64,000 bases of DNA, from assembly GCA_963710375.1 (NCBI GenBank), contig CAVPZX010000005.1:448001-512000 (forward strand), in the 5' to 3' direction. The notes under the pieces are model-generated. The model was not told where the DNA came from. It did not search any database and worked only from the letters and a program-made list of their open reading frames with translations. The position numbers and the translations under genes are program-made. Below are positions 12,163 through 23,849 of this stretch, piece by piece; position 1 is the stretch's first letter; the number at the start of each line of letters is the position of its first letter. The stretch is from Nitrospirota bacterium (GTDB taxonomy: Bacteria; Nitrospirota; Thermodesulfovibrionia; Thermodesulfovibrionales; Dissulfurispiraceae).

Positions 12163-13776
12163 TCAGCAGAGTTGTTTGAAAAAGTCGTTTCCCTTATCAT
12201 CCACAAGGATGAAGGCCGGGAAGTCGACAACCTCTATCTTCCAGACCGCCTCCATACCGAGTTCAGGATAGTCGAGACATTCGACCTTTTTTATGTTCTT
12301 CGCAGCGAGGAGCGCAGCTGGGCCTCCTATCGAGCCAAGGTAGAAACCTCCATGTTTCTTGCAGGCATCGGTCACCTGCCGGCTTCGATTACCCTTCGCG
12401 ATCATTATCATGGAACCGCCATGCGACTGCAGTAATTCAACATAAGAGTCCATGCGGCCGGCAGTTGTGGGGCCAAAGGAACCGGACGGTTTGCCTGGCG
12501 GAGTCTTGGCCGGTCCCGCATAATAGACAGGATGCTTCTTCAGGTATTCCGGTATCTCTTCACCTTTTTCGATCAGCTCTTTGAACTTTGCATGAGCTAT
12601 ATCTCTGGCAACGACAAGTGTCCCTGTGAGAGACAATTGCGTGGTCACCGGGTATCTGGAGAGTTCAGCCAGCACATCAGCCATCGGCTTATTCAGGTCA
12701 ATCCTTATCACGCCATGTTCTCGTTTGCCACGGTATTTACCAGGGATTAGACGGCCAGGATCGCGTTCCAGCTCTTCCAGCCAGATACCGTCCCTGTTGA
12801 TCATTGCTTTTACATTGCGATCAGCGGAGCAGGAGACTCCCATGCCGATGGGACAAGATGCGCCGTGACGGGGCAGGCGAATGACACGCACATCAAGGGC
12901 AAAGTATTTGCCGCCGAACTGGGCGCCGTAACCGCATTTATAGGCGGCGTCAAGTATCCTCTTTTCCAATTCGATGTCTCGGAATGCATGACCGGACTTG
13001 TCTCCCTCGGCCGGAAGGTTGTCCAGGTATTTGGTAGTGGCGAGCTTGACGGTCTTCAAACATGCCTCTGCTGAAGTTCCGCCTATAACGAATGCCAGAT
13101 GGTATGGCGGACACGCGGCTGTGCCGAGGGTCTTCATTTTTTCGACGAGAAATTGCTCAAGACTTGCAGGGTTAAGGATAGCCTTGGTCTCCTGGTAAAG
13201 AGCGGTCTTGTTGGCTGAGCCCCCGCCTTTGGCTACAAACAGGAATTTGTATTCCATCCCTTCAACGGCATGGAGGTCTATCTGCGCAGGCAGGTTACAT
13301 CCCGAGTTGGCTTCGGCATACATGTTCAATGCAACCGTCTGAGAATATCGAAGATTATTTTCGGTGTATGTCTTGTAGACACCTTTTGAAAGATATGCCT
13401 CGTCATTAATGCCTGTCCAGACCTGCTGACCCTTCTTTCCGTAAATGGTAGCTGTACCCGTGTCCTGACAAAGGGGCAGCTCAAAACCGGCAGCCACTTC
13501 TGCATTCAGCAACATTGCAACGGCAACGCCGCGATCGTTGTCAGAAGCCTCGGGATCGGATAATATCGCCGCAACCTGCTCGAGGTGGGCAGGGCGCAAC
13601 AGGAACGATACGTCACGCATGGCCTTGTCGGCGAGAAAAACAAGGGCTTCCGGTGCTATGATCAATAGGTCTTTTTCTTCAAAGGATGATACTGAAACAT
13701 ACTCTTTGGTCAGAAGACGGTATTTTGTTGTGTCCGGTCCGAGCGGAAAGACATCATGGTATTCTTCAGTCGTCAT
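12163..13776 (-). CDS. class I fumarate hydratase
   Basis: [31 protein letters not shown]. Confidence 0.93.
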   Translation of the reverse strand: MTTEEYHDVFPLGPDTTKYRLLTKEYVSVSSFEEKDLLIIAPEALVFLADKAMRDVSFLLRPAHLEQVAAILSDPEASDNDRGVAVAMLLNAEVAAGFELPLCQDTGTATIYGKKGQQVWTGINDEAYLSKGVYKTYTENNLRYSQTVALNMYAEANSGCNLPAQIDLHAVEGMEYKFLFVAKGGGSANKTALYQETKAILNPASLEQFLVEKMKTLGTAACPPYHLAFVIGGTSAEACLKTVKLATTKYLDNLPAEGDKSGHAFRDIELEKRILDAAYKCGYGAQFGGKYFALDVRVIRLPRHGASCPIGMGVSCSADRNVKAMINRDGIWLEELERDPGRLIPGKYRGKREHGVIRIDLNKPMADVLAELSRYPVTTQLSLTGTLVVARDIAHAKFKELIEKGEEIPEYLKKHPVYYAGPAKTPPGKPSGSFGPTTAGRMDSYVELLQSHGGSMIMIAKGNRSRQVTDACKKHGGFYLGSIGGPAALLAAKNIKKVECLDYPELGMEAVWKIEVVDFPAFILVDDKGNDFFKQLC

Positions 13777-13958
13777 ATTTTCTCTTAACCACCTTTGTTC
13801 ACGTATTTCTCAGCGCCAGACAAAATTATAATCAATTCATTTGACTTTCGACAACAATAGGAAAGATAGAAAAAGACAACACCAATATTTTACAATGAAT
13901 GTTGAAGGAGTAGATACGCTGAAGGCTGGTCTCGGGCGACGGCGTATCCAATTTAATT

Positions 13959-14327
13959 ATGGATGCTTTTACCAAGATTGCGGAGCAGAGGATCAAGGAT
14001 GCTATCGACAACGGTGAGTTCGATAACCTCAGCGGCTCAGGCAAGCCTCTTTCGCTTGAAGATGAGAGCTGGATACCCGAAGATCTGAGGCTTGCCTACA
14101 GGATTCTGAAAAATAACGGTTTCCTGCCGCCGGAGTTGGAACTGAGGAACGAAATAATCAATCTCCGGAGATTTATTGACACAATTGATGACGATAAGGA
14201 GAGGGTAAAGAAACTCAGGGAACTGAACTTTAAAATTACAAAGCTTGGACTCATGAGGGGGAAGCCATGCCTCTTAGAACAATTTCCGGAATATGAGAGC
14301 AGGTTTTATGAGAAGGCGCTGAAGTAA
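13959..14327 (+). CDS. DUF1992-family protein
   Basis: IAEQRI..A...GEFDNL.G.GKPL, ILKNNGFLPP. Confidence 0.85.
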   Translation: MDAFTKIAEQRIKDAIDNGEFDNLSGSGKPLSLEDESWIPEDLRLAYRILKNNGFLPPELELRNEIINLRRFIDTIDDDKERVKKLRELNFKITKLGLMRGKPCLLEQFPEYESRFYEKALK

Positions 14328-14343
14328 AGAAGAAGGAGGGGGT

Positions 14344-14805
14344 ATGCATCTCTATCTTGTGCAGCATGCGGAAGCTAAAAAGGAAGAGGAAGATCCATTG
14401 AGATCGCTTACCGACAAAGGAACTCATGATATAAAAAAGGTAGCTTCCAATGTCGTCAAACTGAAACTAAAAGTCGCTAACATTTATCACAGCGGTAAAA
14501 CTAGGGCCTTACAAACCGCTCAGATACTGCACAAGAGTGTAGACTCTTCTGGTGGAATATCACAAACTGACGGATTATCGCCTATGGACGAACCAGGAGT
14601 TTGGGCAGAGCGATTGGGTTCAATAAAAGATAACATTATACTGGTTGGACATCTGCCCCATCTATCAAAACTTGCGTCACTTTTAGTTGCAGGGGATGAG
14701 GGAAAAGACGTAGTAAACGTTCAAAAGGCATCAATAGTCTGCCTCCAGCGATTTGACGATGGACATTGGGCGGTAGACTGGATGCTCACTCCTGAAATAT
14801 GCTGA
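14344..14805 (+). CDS. sixA: phosphohistidine phosphatase
   Basis: [21 protein letters not shown]. Confidence 0.88.
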   Translation: MHLYLVQHAEAKKEEEDPLRSLTDKGTHDIKKVASNVVKLKLKVANIYHSGKTRALQTAQILHKSVDSSGGISQTDGLSPMDEPGVWAERLGSIKDNIILVGHLPHLSKLASLLVAGDEGKDVVNVQKASIVCLQRFDDGHWAVDWMLTPEIC

Positions 14806-17800
14806 AGACAAATCATCTTGCCGTTTCCCAACCTTACCGGACGATCAATAAAGTCAGATTTGTCACCGCCTCCAGCCTGTTCGACGGGCACGACGCTTCA
14901 ACCAACATTATCCGCCGGATTCTCCAGGCCTCGGGCGCCGAGGTAATCCATCTGGGGCACAACCGGTCCGCGGAAGAGATCGTTACCGCGGCGTTACAGG
15001 AAGATGTGCAGGGCGTCGCAGTGTCCTCGTACCAGGGTGGGCATATGGAATTCTTCAGATATATGTTGGATCTGCTTCGGGAGAGGGGCGGAGAGCACAT
15101 CCAGGTTTTTGGCGGAGGCGGCGGGGTGATCGTGCAAGACGAGATCCGCGAATTGCAGGCCTACGGTATCGCCCGCATTTATTCTCCTGAGGACGGCCAG
15201 ACCATGGGACTGCAGGGCATGGTCAACGAGATGCTCAGTCGATGCGACGCGGATGTCTCACAGTTCGCGCCCAACAGCCTCAAGTCCCTGGATACGGGCG
15301 ATCACGGGACGCTTGCCAGAGTCATCACCGCGCTTGAAAACAGGACCTATCCGGAACATCTGAACCGGGAAATCCAGCAGCGCTCCGGGTCGATGAGCAT
15401 TCCCGTGCTCGGCATAACCGGCACAGGGGGCTCAGGCAAAAGCTCACTCATTGACGAATTTATCCGCCGCATCCGGCTCGACCAGGACGACCGGCTCAAG
15501 ATCGCGGTGCTGGCGGTAGATCCCACGCGCAGGAGGACCGGCGGCGCTTTGCTCGGCGATCGTATCCGTATGAATGCGATCAGTCATCCCCATATCTACA
15601 TGCGTTCCCTCGCCACCCGCGGGTCCGGAACTGAAATATCGGCCGCGTTGCGCGATGTGATTGGGGCATGCCGGCTGTCTGGCTTCGACCTTATAATCGT
15701 CGAGACGCCGGGCATTGGCCAGGGTGATACCGGTATAGTGCCGCTGGTGGATGTCTCGCTCTATGTTATGACACCCGAGTTCGGCGCGGCAAGCCAGTTG
15801 GAGAAGATCGATATGCTGGACTTCGCCGATTTTGTCGCGATCAACAAATTCGACCGCAAGGGCGCGGAGGACGCACTGCGGGACGTGCGCAAGCAGGTCC
15901 AGCGCAACCGCCGGGCTTTTGAGCAGAGGCCGGAGGACATGCATGTCTTCGGCACTGTCTCTTCCCATTTCAACGACGAGGGCGTCACCGCGCTTTATCA
16001 GGCAGTCCTCCCAAAGCTCGTGGAGCATGGGCTTAAGCCCTATCCCGGCAGGCTTCCGAAGGCACGGGTCGGACTGTCCTCTACGATCAGCGTGATTGTG
16101 CCTCCGCATCGGGTCCACTACCTTGCCGAGATTGCGGATACGGTTCGAAACTATCACAGACACGTGCAGGAGCAAAGCCGTATCGCCCGCGAGCGACAGC
16201 AGTTACGGAGCGCTAGAAACGCCCTGGACAAGTGCGGTAAGGACGCTTCGGCGCTCGAAGAACTGATTTCGGCCAAGGACCTCCAGATCGATCCCCGCTC
16301 CAAAGAGATGCTCGAGTCGTGGCCGAAGACGCTTGAGACGTACGCTCAGGACGAGTACGTAATGAAGGTCCGAGACGAGGAGATCCGCACCTCGCTCAAT
16401 CATGTAACACTCTCCGGCACAAAGATCCCGAAGGTTTCGTTGCCGCGCTTCGAGGACGAGGGCGAGATACTCAAGTGGCTGATGCGCGAAAACCTGCCCG
16501 GCTCGTTCCCTTACACTGCCGGCGTTTTTGCATTCAAACGGGAAAATGAAGACCCAACCCGTATGTTCGCCGGAGAGGGCGATGCCTTCCGCACCAACTA
16601 CCGGTTCAAGAAACTCTCTGAGGGCATGCAGGCGGTACGTCTGTCCACTGCGTTCGATTCGGTAACGCTTTACGGGTGTGATCCGGACGAGCGCCCCGAC
16701 ATATACGGCAAAGTCGGCAACTCAGGCGTCTCGATTTCTACGCTGGATGACATGATGGTATTGTATTCAGGCTTCGACCTGTGCCACCCGGCATCCTCAG
16801 TGTCTATGACCATTAACGGCCCGGCGCCGATAATTCTCGCCATGTTCTTTAATACAGCGATTGACCAGGAGGTTGAGAAGTTCACTGGGGTGAATGGTCG
16901 CGAGCCGACCGAGGACGAGGCCCGTAAGATTAGGGCGTCGGTGCTGTCAAACGTGCGCGGCACTGTACAGGCGGACATCCTCAAAGAGGACCAGGGCCAG
17001 AACACCTGTATCTTCTCCATCGACTTCGCGCTCAAGATGATGGGCGACATCCAAGAATACTTCGTACATAACAACGTGCGGAACTTTTACTCGGTCTCGA
17101 TTTCCGGCTATCACATTGCCGAGGCCGGTGCGAACCCCATCTCTCAGCTTGCATTCACGTTGGCGAATGGCTTTACCTACGTGGAGACGTACCTGTCGCG
17201 CGGTATGCATATAGACGACTTTGCGCCCAACCTCTCGTTCTTCTTCTCCAACGGCATGGAGCCCGAGTACTCAGTCATAGGCCGCGTGGCGCGCCGCATA
17301 TGGGCCGTCGCGATGAAGGACCGCTACAGCGCGAACGAACGCTCACAGAAACTTAAGTATCATATCCAGACGTCAGGGCGCTCGCTTCACGCACAGGAGA
17401 TGGCCTTCAACGATATTCGCACTACCTTGCAGGCCATGATCGCTATTTATGACCACTGCAACTCGCTGCATACCAACGCTTATAATGAGGCGATCACCAC
17501 GCCCACCGAGGAATCAGTGCGCCGGGCCATGGCCATTCAGCTCATCCTCAATAGGGAATGGGGAATCGCAAAGAACGAGAACCCGAACCAGGGCTCTTTT
17601 ATCATCGAAGAGCTTACGGACCTGGTGGAGGAAGCGGTGCTCAAGGAGTTCGAGGCGATCAGTTCGCGCGGGGGCGTGCTGGGCGCAATGGAGACCGGTT
17701 ACCAGCGAGGCAAGATCCAGGAGGAGTCGCTGGACTACGAGACGAAGAAACACGACGGGTCTTATCCCATCGTAGGGGTGAACACCTTCCGCAATCCCGG

Positions 17801-18056
17801 CGATCAAGCCCTTCATGAAACAGCGGACCTTGCCCGGTTGACCGAGGAGGAAAAAAGGAGCCAGTTGCAAAGACTCAGGGAGTTTCACAACCGCCACGCG
17901 CAGGAAGCGCCGATGGCGCTGGCCATGCTTAAGCAAGCCGCAATCAACGGCGACAATATTTTCGGAGCTCTGATGGATGCGGTCCGCTGTTGTTCTCTGG
18001 GTCAGCTCACGCAGGCCCTATTCGAGGTAGGCGGACAGTATCGCCGTGGCATGTAA
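14799..18056 (+). CDS. icmF: fused isobutyryl-CoA mutase/GTPase
   Basis: B12 domain (FDGHDAS), MeaB-like P-loop (GTGGSGKS), mutase barrel with RMFAGEG; 1085 aa. Confidence 0.93.
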   Translation: MLKTNHLAVSQPYRTINKVRFVTASSLFDGHDASTNIIRRILQASGAEVIHLGHNRSAEEIVTAALQEDVQGVAVSSYQGGHMEFFRYMLDLLRERGGEHIQVFGGGGGVIVQDEIRELQAYGIARIYSPEDGQTMGLQGMVNEMLSRCDADVSQFAPNSLKSLDTGDHGTLARVITALENRTYPEHLNREIQQRSGSMSIPVLGITGTGGSGKSSLIDEFIRRIRLDQDDRLKIAVLAVDPTRRRTGGALLGDRIRMNAISHPHIYMRSLATRGSGTEISAALRDVIGACRLSGFDLIIVETPGIGQGDTGIVPLVDVSLYVMTPEFGAASQLEKIDMLDFADFVAINKFDRKGAEDALRDVRKQVQRNRRAFEQRPEDMHVFGTVSSHFNDEGVTALYQAVLPKLVEHGLKPYPGRLPKARVGLSSTISVIVPPHRVHYLAEIADTVRNYHRHVQEQSRIARERQQLRSARNALDKCGKDASALEELISAKDLQIDPRSKEMLESWPKTLETYAQDEYVMKVRDEEIRTSLNHVTLSGTKIPKVSLPRFEDEGEILKWLMRENLPGSFPYTAGVFAFKRENEDPTRMFAGEGDAFRTNYRFKKLSEGMQAVRLSTAFDSVTLYGCDPDERPDIYGKVGNSGVSISTLDDMMVLYSGFDLCHPASSVSMTINGPAPIILAMFFNTAIDQEVEKFTGVNGREPTEDEARKIRASVLSNVRGTVQADILKEDQGQNTCIFSIDFALKMMGDIQEYFVHNNVRNFYSVSISGYHIAEAGANPISQLAFTLANGFTYVETYLSRGMHIDDFAPNLSFFFSNGMEPEYSVIGRVARRIWAVAMKDRYSANERSQKLKYHIQTSGRSLHAQEMAFNDIRTTLQAMIAIYDHCNSLHTNAYNEAITTPTEESVRRAMAIQLILNREWGIAKNENPNQGSFIIEELTDLVEEAVLKEFEAISSRGGVLGAMETGYQRGKIQEESLDYETKKHDGSYPIVGVNTFRNPGDQALHETADLARLTEEEKRSQLQRLREFHNRHAQEAPMALAMLKQAAINGDNIFGALMDAVRCCSLGQLTQALFEVGGQYRRGM

Positions 18057-18109
18057 ATAGGGACAGGTGTAAGTGGTAACTGGATTTTAGAGAATAAGGA
18101 GGAGGTTGT

Positions 18110-18751
18110 ATGAACGAGTTCGAATCCTGGCACAATGATGTGATCGGAAACAAGGCAGTAGCTGCTTTGGTCAAAAACAAATTCACCGCTACATATTGCA
18201 AGACCGGACCTGAAGCCGTGGAAAAAATTCTCGAACAGATACCGCCCAACTCATCCGTCGGAATAGGCGGCTCCTGGACAGTGATGCAACTGGGATTGCT
18301 GGATAAATTGGCAGCCCGAGGCAGCGAGGTGCTGAACCACGGGAAAGCTGGTTTGACCCCGGAGGAAGCAATGTCGATCCGCCGGCGGCAGTTGACATGT
18401 GATGTATTTCTTACCGGCACCAACGCAGTGACGCTTGACGGCAAACTGGTCAATACGGATGGGGTTGGAAACCGTGTAGCGTCGATGATTTTTGGTCCAA
18501 AGAAGGTAATTCTGGTTGTTGGAATCAATAAAATAGTCAAAGACGTGGAGGCGGCGGAAGCAAGGATTAAACTATATGCCGCACCCATCAATAACAAACG
18601 GTTGAAACTCCCCAATCCCTGCACCATAACAGGTGAATGCATGGATTGTGAGAGTGACACCCGGATCTGTAATGTTACTACCATTATGAAAAAGAAGCCA
18701 AAACTTACAGATGTCCATGTTTTCGTCGTCGGGGAGGAATTGGGGTTCTGA
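18110..18751 (+). CDS. LUD-domain (lactate utilization-like) protein
   Basis: GGSWT, NAVTLDGKLVNTDGVGNRV, C-terminal Cys cluster. Confidence 0.82.
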   Translation: MNEFESWHNDVIGNKAVAALVKNKFTATYCKTGPEAVEKILEQIPPNSSVGIGGSWTVMQLGLLDKLAARGSEVLNHGKAGLTPEEAMSIRRRQLTCDVFLTGTNAVTLDGKLVNTDGVGNRVASMIFGPKKVILVVGINKIVKDVEAAEARIKLYAAPINNKRLKLPNPCTITGECMDCESDTRICNVTTIMKKKPKLTDVHVFVVGEELGF

Positions 18752-18862
18752 TTCGGCAGCAAAAGGAGTCGCAGAAGCCGGATAGAACAAAAACGAATCG
18801 GTTTTTTAAACAGGAAGCGATTTATATTTAAACACACTAAAAAAACATTAAGAGGAGAGAAA

Positions 18863-19051
18863 ATGCCGATAGTTCAGATTGATTTTTTAGAGGGTCGTTC
18901 TATAGAGCAAAAGCGGGAACTGGCGAAAAGAGTAACTCAAGCTGTCTGCGAGACTGCGAAATGCCCTCCGGAAGCTGTTACCATCCTTCTGCGGGAATTG
19001 CCTGCAACTAATATTGCCAAAGCAGGCACTCTGATAAGCGACAAGCAATAA
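18863..19051 (+). CDS. 4-oxalocrotonate tautomerase family
   Basis: Pro1 after Met, EGRSIEQKREL, 62 aa. Confidence 0.9.
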   Translation: MPIVQIDFLEGRSIEQKRELAKRVTQAVCETAKCPPEAVTILLRELPATNIAKAGTLISDKQ

Positions 19052-19052
19052 G

Positions 19053-19084
19053 AAAAGCCCATTCCAGTTCTGGAATGGGCTTTT
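19053..19084. terminator. bidirectional intrinsic terminator
   Basis: AAAAGCCCATTCCAG-TT-CTGGAATGGGCTTTT perfect inverted repeat. Confidence 0.85.
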
Positions 19085-19353
19085 ACCTTTAAATAACAAC
19101 GTGTTGTGATATCCCCATCGGGGTCGATTTTGAGCCCCGATAAAGTCTCAAAGTGGGTTAAATCTCCCTGTCAACCTCAGAGTGAGGAATAAAGCGCATC
19201 GGGGATTGTTGAGGGAATTAATCAAAACTTAACCATCCTGCAATACTATTTAACACTCCTGCAATACTGTTGAAATAATGCCTGTGCCATCATATTAGTG
19301 GAAGCTTAAAGCCAATGAAACCTGCGTAGACCAAATTTATAAAGAAGAGCGCC

Positions 19354-19677
19354 GTGATAAATAATTTCAAAACTGATAGAACTATTAGAACCGGAGTTAA
19401 GAAGAGAGCATTAGCCTCACAGATTAAAGGACTTGCAGAAGCAATATTGCTACAGTTATTGGAAGATTTGTGGATCGATAAAGAAAGATCACGCTGCATG
19501 GACTTTTTTATAGGAGAAGGATTTAGTATCTGTTCCGAAATCGCCGGGATGAGTTCTGATGATAAGGTAAAAATACTGAGTATTGTCGAAGATATTATTT
19601 ATCAAAATTCAGGGAAAGACAAAAAAGTTAGAGGTATAAGAGCTGAGCGTGGTGAGGGTTATGAACTTGTGCAATGA
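19354..19677 (+). CDS. hypothetical protein
   Basis: 107-aa ORF, co-oriented with neighbours; no motif recognised. Confidence 0.55.
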   Translation: MINNFKTDRTIRTGVKKRALASQIKGLAEAILLQLLEDLWIDKERSRCMDFFIGEGFSICSEIAGMSSDDKVKILSIVEDIIYQNSGKDKKVRGIRAERGEGYELVQ

Positions 19678-19703
19678 AATAATAAACAGTTCGGAGGTGT
19701 AAG

Positions 19704-19901
19704 ATGGCTTGTCCGTTTTTCAAAGAGGCTTATGTAGGGTATTGCAGTGCATGTGATTTTCCTTATACTCCCAGCATTATTGAACTCGAACAACAGTGTC
19801 TTAAAGACAGTATCGAGTTTTGTGTACACTTTAATAGGCTTCATTCAATGGCTCAAATTGCAACGCTAATGTCACGTAGTTATTCAGAGTCTAATAATTG
19901 A
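19704..19901 (+). CDS. small Cys-rich hypothetical protein
   Basis: RBS GGAGGT; MACPFF...YC..C...C...C. Confidence 0.6.
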   Translation: MACPFFKEAYVGYCSACDFPYTPSIIELEQQCLKDSIEFCVHFNRLHSMAQIATLMSRSYSESNN

Positions 19902-20000
19902 ACAAACATTGACCGGAAAATCTCCCCTCACTCTTAGGAGCAGTTTTAATCACGAAAACGAGAAAGCTAAACTTTGGGAGTAATTTTTTTGGAGGTATCG

Positions 20001-20327
20001 ATGAAAAAAGCAATATTTATGGTCATCGTAGTAGCAGCACTATTTGCAGGCCCTACATATTCCTTTGCCGATGATTCAGCATCGGATTCTTTTCTCGCTG
20101 ACTTAGCCCTGCTGGTCCCTGAGGCTTATGATTTGACGGTTGATTATGTTGCCCATATATCCTGCGGGACAGTAAACGCCAGGGACATGAACGTCGATGA
20201 GTTGCAGGGTCTCTTTTCCGAAAGACAGTTCAGCCAATTCCTCGTCCTTAAATTAAAAGGGGATGCCGGCCAGGAATACCAGACAAAGCTAAATGCGCTG
20301 TGCAGAACAAATGTTGCGAAGAACTAG
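20001..20327 (+). CDS. exported hypothetical protein
   Basis: RBS GGAGG; signal peptide MKKAIFMVIVVAALFAG..SFA. Confidence 0.7.
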   Translation: MKKAIFMVIVVAALFAGPTYSFADDSASDSFLADLALLVPEAYDLTVDYVAHISCGTVNARDMNVDELQGLFSERQFSQFLVLKLKGDAGQEYQTKLNALCRTNVAKN

Positions 20328-20475
20328 AATCTTGGCCGTCAATAGATAGTAAATGGCGGAGCAGGGAGACTAATTCCTTGTAACAAGCAAAACTTTCAAA
20401 GTGCTATAATTATATGTAGAATGAATAAAAATCATAAGCGATATAGATGAAAATTTAGGCCTATAAGGGGATTAT

Positions 20476-20763
20476 ATGGATAATCAAGAGGCTTATCAGA
20501 AAGCTAAGAAAAAAGTAGAGGCTAAACTCAGTTTCTACGTCCATCTGGCAGTTTATATCGTGGTAAATGCTCTCCTTGTTTTAGTGAACATTGCTACAAC
20601 TCCTAAGTACCTCTGGTTCCCATGGCCTCTATTTGGATGGGGGATCGGATTGTTTTTTCATGGCATGGGAGTCTTCTTCTTTTCCGAAGGATCACGCATA
20701 AAAGAACGAATGATTGAGAAAGAGATGAAGAGGAATAATCTCGGCAATAGAGACGAACACTGA
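20476..20763 (+). CDS. 2TM domain protein
   Basis: AKKKV...FYVHLAVY...WFPWPLFGWGIGLFFH. Confidence 0.85.
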   Translation: MDNQEAYQKAKKKVEAKLSFYVHLAVYIVVNALLVLVNIATTPKYLWFPWPLFGWGIGLFFHGMGVFFFSEGSRIKERMIEKEMKRNNLGNRDEH

Positions 20764-20939
20764 GAATGATGAGTCAAAAACATAAATACTATTGCCAGCA
20801 TCATCTGGATTGAGTTAAGCGTAACATGTCGCCCGATTTTGCCGAAACAAGTAGTGTGACTGGGACCATATCTTTGCCGTCAGCGGAACCAAAACCTTGC
20901 CGAAAGTATCAAAGCCTGAGCTAGATAATGGATACCAAT

Positions 20940-21593
20940 CTATTTGTCGGTAATCTTCTTTAGAATCTCCAACGTTCTTTGCGGGTCGGCTCTAACAGTG
21001 TAATCCGGGTCCGCATCTACACTGCGAATGATGCCCTGCTGGTCGATGATTATTCTGGCGGGCATGGGTAAAGTCCATGTATCATCACCATTCACTTTTG
21101 GCAGATCAACACCAAATCCACCATATATGATTCGCAATTCATTCGGTAGTGTAAAGGTCAATCCATACTGAGACGCAACCTTGTTACCATAATCGTGCAA
21201 CAGGTCAAAGGAAAGACCAAGCTTTTCTGACATCTTTTTCAGGTACAATCCGCGTTGAGGCGATATTGCGACCAATGAAGCGCCAAGCTGCTTAATATCA
21301 GAGAAAACCTCTTCCAGAGCTTCCAGCTCCAGATTGCAGTAAGGTCACCAGGAACCACGATAAAAACTAACCACCACACTGCCATGCGTCATTAATTCTG
21401 CCAAAGTGATGATTTTCCCATCTGAATTGGGAAGCTCAAAGTCAGGGGCATGACTACCAGGTCTCAGAACTCTCTCCATAATGCCGGATCTGCGAAGCTC
21501 CTCGGTTGCTTGATGCATCGCGGCCAGAGTTTCCTTCGGTACTTTGGCGACGAAATTATTTTTGTATTCGTCTAGCTTGTCCTGTAAGCTCAT
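20940..21593 (-). CDS. peroxiredoxin-like AhpC/TSA selenoprotein (in-frame UGA at 21345-21347)
   Basis: Two ORFs share a frame and are joined by one TGA in FYRGSW-U-PYCNLEL; hairpin follows. Confidence 0.85.
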
Positions 21594-21847
21594 CGCATCC
21601 TCCTTTTTTATATTGCGGGTCAGCACCCAATGACAATTTTTTTTGGCTTCGAACACGTAACCGACGTCTGACGACTGCAAACAATCGAAATTAATGTTTC
21701 TCTGGCCTTTGATGAAAGCCCCAAACTCTCTTATTATAAGCGGTCTGATAGACTATATTGTGTTGTTGCCAGACGCATGGGGACAGAAGCTTTTTTTGAT
21801 AACCGCTTATCCTAGGATAAGGTCAAAAAAACAATGTTTGCCCCCTC

Positions 21848-22207
21848 TTACATGCCTGGTTTTGGCTGCCAGAGTCCGAAGGCAGCGCCGGTCGGATCTA
21901 AAATTACGCTGAACCAACCCATGCCCGGGACCTCGGTGACATCCTTAGCAATTGTGGCTCCGAGGGACTGTGCCTTTTTTGTCGAGGCTGCAACGTCATC
22001 AACCAAGATATACGGAAGCCAATTGTCCGGAATACCGGGCATAGGTTTTTTCATTATACCTCCGCCCGTTCCTTCCCCGACTTTGATGATCGTGTATTCC
22101 ATGTCCGGAATGTCTTCCAACTTCCAGTCGAACATGGCTGTATAGAACTTCTTAGACTTCTCAACGTCCTGCGTCTCCAATTCTACGTGAACAAACGGAT
22201 TTGCCAT
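21848..22207 (-). CDS. VOC/glyoxalase family protein
   Basis: FVHVEL...FY..MFDW, GGGIM, DPTGAAFGLWQ. Confidence 0.9.
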   Translation of the reverse strand: MANPFVHVELETQDVEKSKKFYTAMFDWKLEDIPDMEYTIIKVGEGTGGGIMKKPMPGIPDNWLPYILVDDVAASTKKAQSLGATIAKDVTEVPGMGWFSVILDPTGAAFGLWQPKPGM

Positions 22208-22222
22208 AGTTTACCTCCTAAC

Positions 22223-23131
22223 TCAAGTACGATTTTTTATGAAAGTGCCTTTTCCAAACTCCTCAAATGCTATTTGCAGTTCTTCTTGTGTGTTCATGAC
22301 GATGGGACCATACCATGCGACAGGTTCGCCGATCGGCCTGCCGGAAATAAGGAGAAAGCGCACCGATGAATCCTCCGCCTCGATTGTAACTTCATCTCCA
22401 TCTCGCTCGTAAAGTACAATGGTCTCTGCGCTGAACTTGCATTCTCTCTTGAAGTCGAAATAATTATTGCCTATAACTTCATGCGCGAAAGGGTTTCTCT
22501 CTTTGTCAAAATACGCGCTTCCCTCGATTACATAAGCAAATACTGTATGACCCGAAGGGACTGCATGCGTAAAAGTCGTCTTTGCCGGCACCAACACGTC
22601 AATATATTCGGGTTCAGTGACAATGTCCGTAACAGGACCGATGGCGCCGTCAACGGCACCGCAGATGATTTTGATTGCTGCTCCGGAAGCCAGTTTTTTC
22701 TCTGGAATCTGAACACGTTTCACCTCACGGTACCGTGGATCCATCATCTTGAAACTTGAAGGGAGATTTGCCCAGAGCTGGAATCCCCAGAGCACATTAT
22801 CCTTATCCCCTTTCGGCATCTCCTGATGGATGATGCCGCTTCCTGCTGTCATCCATTGGACATCTCCGGGTGATATGATTCCGCTGTTTCCCATGCTGTC
22901 ACCATGTTCGACCTTGCCTTGAAGCACATACGTGATGGTCTCGATTCCCCGGTGGGGATGCCAGGGAAATCCGGGGAGGTAGTGGCCAGGGTTGTCGGAA
23001 TGGAAATCGTCAAGAAGCAAGAAGGGATCGAGCTGCGGCACCTGATTGTTGCCAAAGGCACGTTTCAGATGGACGCCTGCCCCTTCAGTCGTAGGCCTGC
23101 TTTTCCACACCTTTTTTATCTTTCGAACCAT
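22223..23131 (-). CDS. pirin family protein
   Basis: DPFLLLD, HPHRGIET, MTAGSGIIHQE. Confidence 0.93.
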   Translation of the reverse strand: MVRKIKKVWKSRPTTEGAGVHLKRAFGNNQVPQLDPFLLLDDFHSDNPGHYLPGFPWHPHRGIETITYVLQGKVEHGDSMGNSGIISPGDVQWMTAGSGIIHQEMPKGDKDNVLWGFQLWANLPSSFKMMDPRYREVKRVQIPEKKLASGAAIKIICGAVDGAIGPVTDIVTEPEYIDVLVPAKTTFTHAVPSGHTVFAYVIEGSAYFDKERNPFAHEVIGNNYFDFKRECKFSAETIVLYERDGDEVTIEAEDSSVRFLLISGRPIGEPVAWYGPIVMNTQEELQIAFEEFGKGTFIKNRT

Positions 23132-23307
23132 AGCGAAGCCCTCCTTAAGAAAATGCTGATATTTTTCTTAAAGTGTAGCAGTTTTCAGGAATACATCAAG
23201 TCGCAGGATATGTGGCTGCCGGGACAAACATTAATTCGGAGCTGAATGCTACAATATTATAAGTTACAGGCTAAACCGGTAATGCGCGGTTTCTCAACAA
23301 AAAGAGT

Positions 23308-23327
23308 ATGGCGGTGCAGGGAAGCGA
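23308..23327. repeat. degenerate copy of the tRNA-Met 3' end (relic att site)
   Basis: ATGGCGGTGCAGGGAAgCGA, 19/20 identical to 31533-31552. Confidence 0.7.
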
Positions 23328-23509
23328 CTGTACTCGTTCCACTTTTCTCAAACTCACTGTAACACGTTGCTTTTTCTGCCACAAGCGCTCTTTCCGCCTG
23401 AACGCGCGCTCAATTTTGTGTCACAGTTTACGTCCCAGTTTACACGGCCAAACATAGCCCTGTCAAACCCCAGTTGATAAATCAGGTGGCCTATTGTAGG
23501 ATTATAACC

Positions 23510-23849
23510 GTGAACTGGATAGAGAAAATACGACATGGGTTTGAATCAAACGCAGTCTTTTATACCAGACATGCCAAGATAGAAATGGAGACGGAAGAAT
23601 TCGGGCGGATATTGGATGCGGATATTGGATAATGAGGTGTACGAAGCCGTCTGCGGTGGAGAAGTTATTGAGGAATACCCCGAGGATACACCATATCCAA
23701 GTGTCTTGATATTCGGGAAAACATTGATAGCTCGACCTTTGCATATAGTTTGTGCGTATAATAAAGAAGATAGTATGGCGATAGTAATAACTGTCTACCA
23801 GCCCAACCCTGAGTTGTGGATGGAATACAAGAGGAGAAAAGAGCCATGA
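23510..23849 (+). pseudogene. DUF4258 (putative toxin) gene frameshifted by a 13-bp tandem duplication
   Basis: GCGGATATTGGAT twice (23605-23630); removing one copy gives a continuous FYTRHAKIEM...GEVIEEYPED.PYPS.LI...PLHIVC...VITVYQP. Confidence 0.8.

Noticed and set aside
20838..20906. Three TTGCCG-containing repeats as a riboswitch or attC site
   Set aside because: Too short and irregular, with no consistent fold
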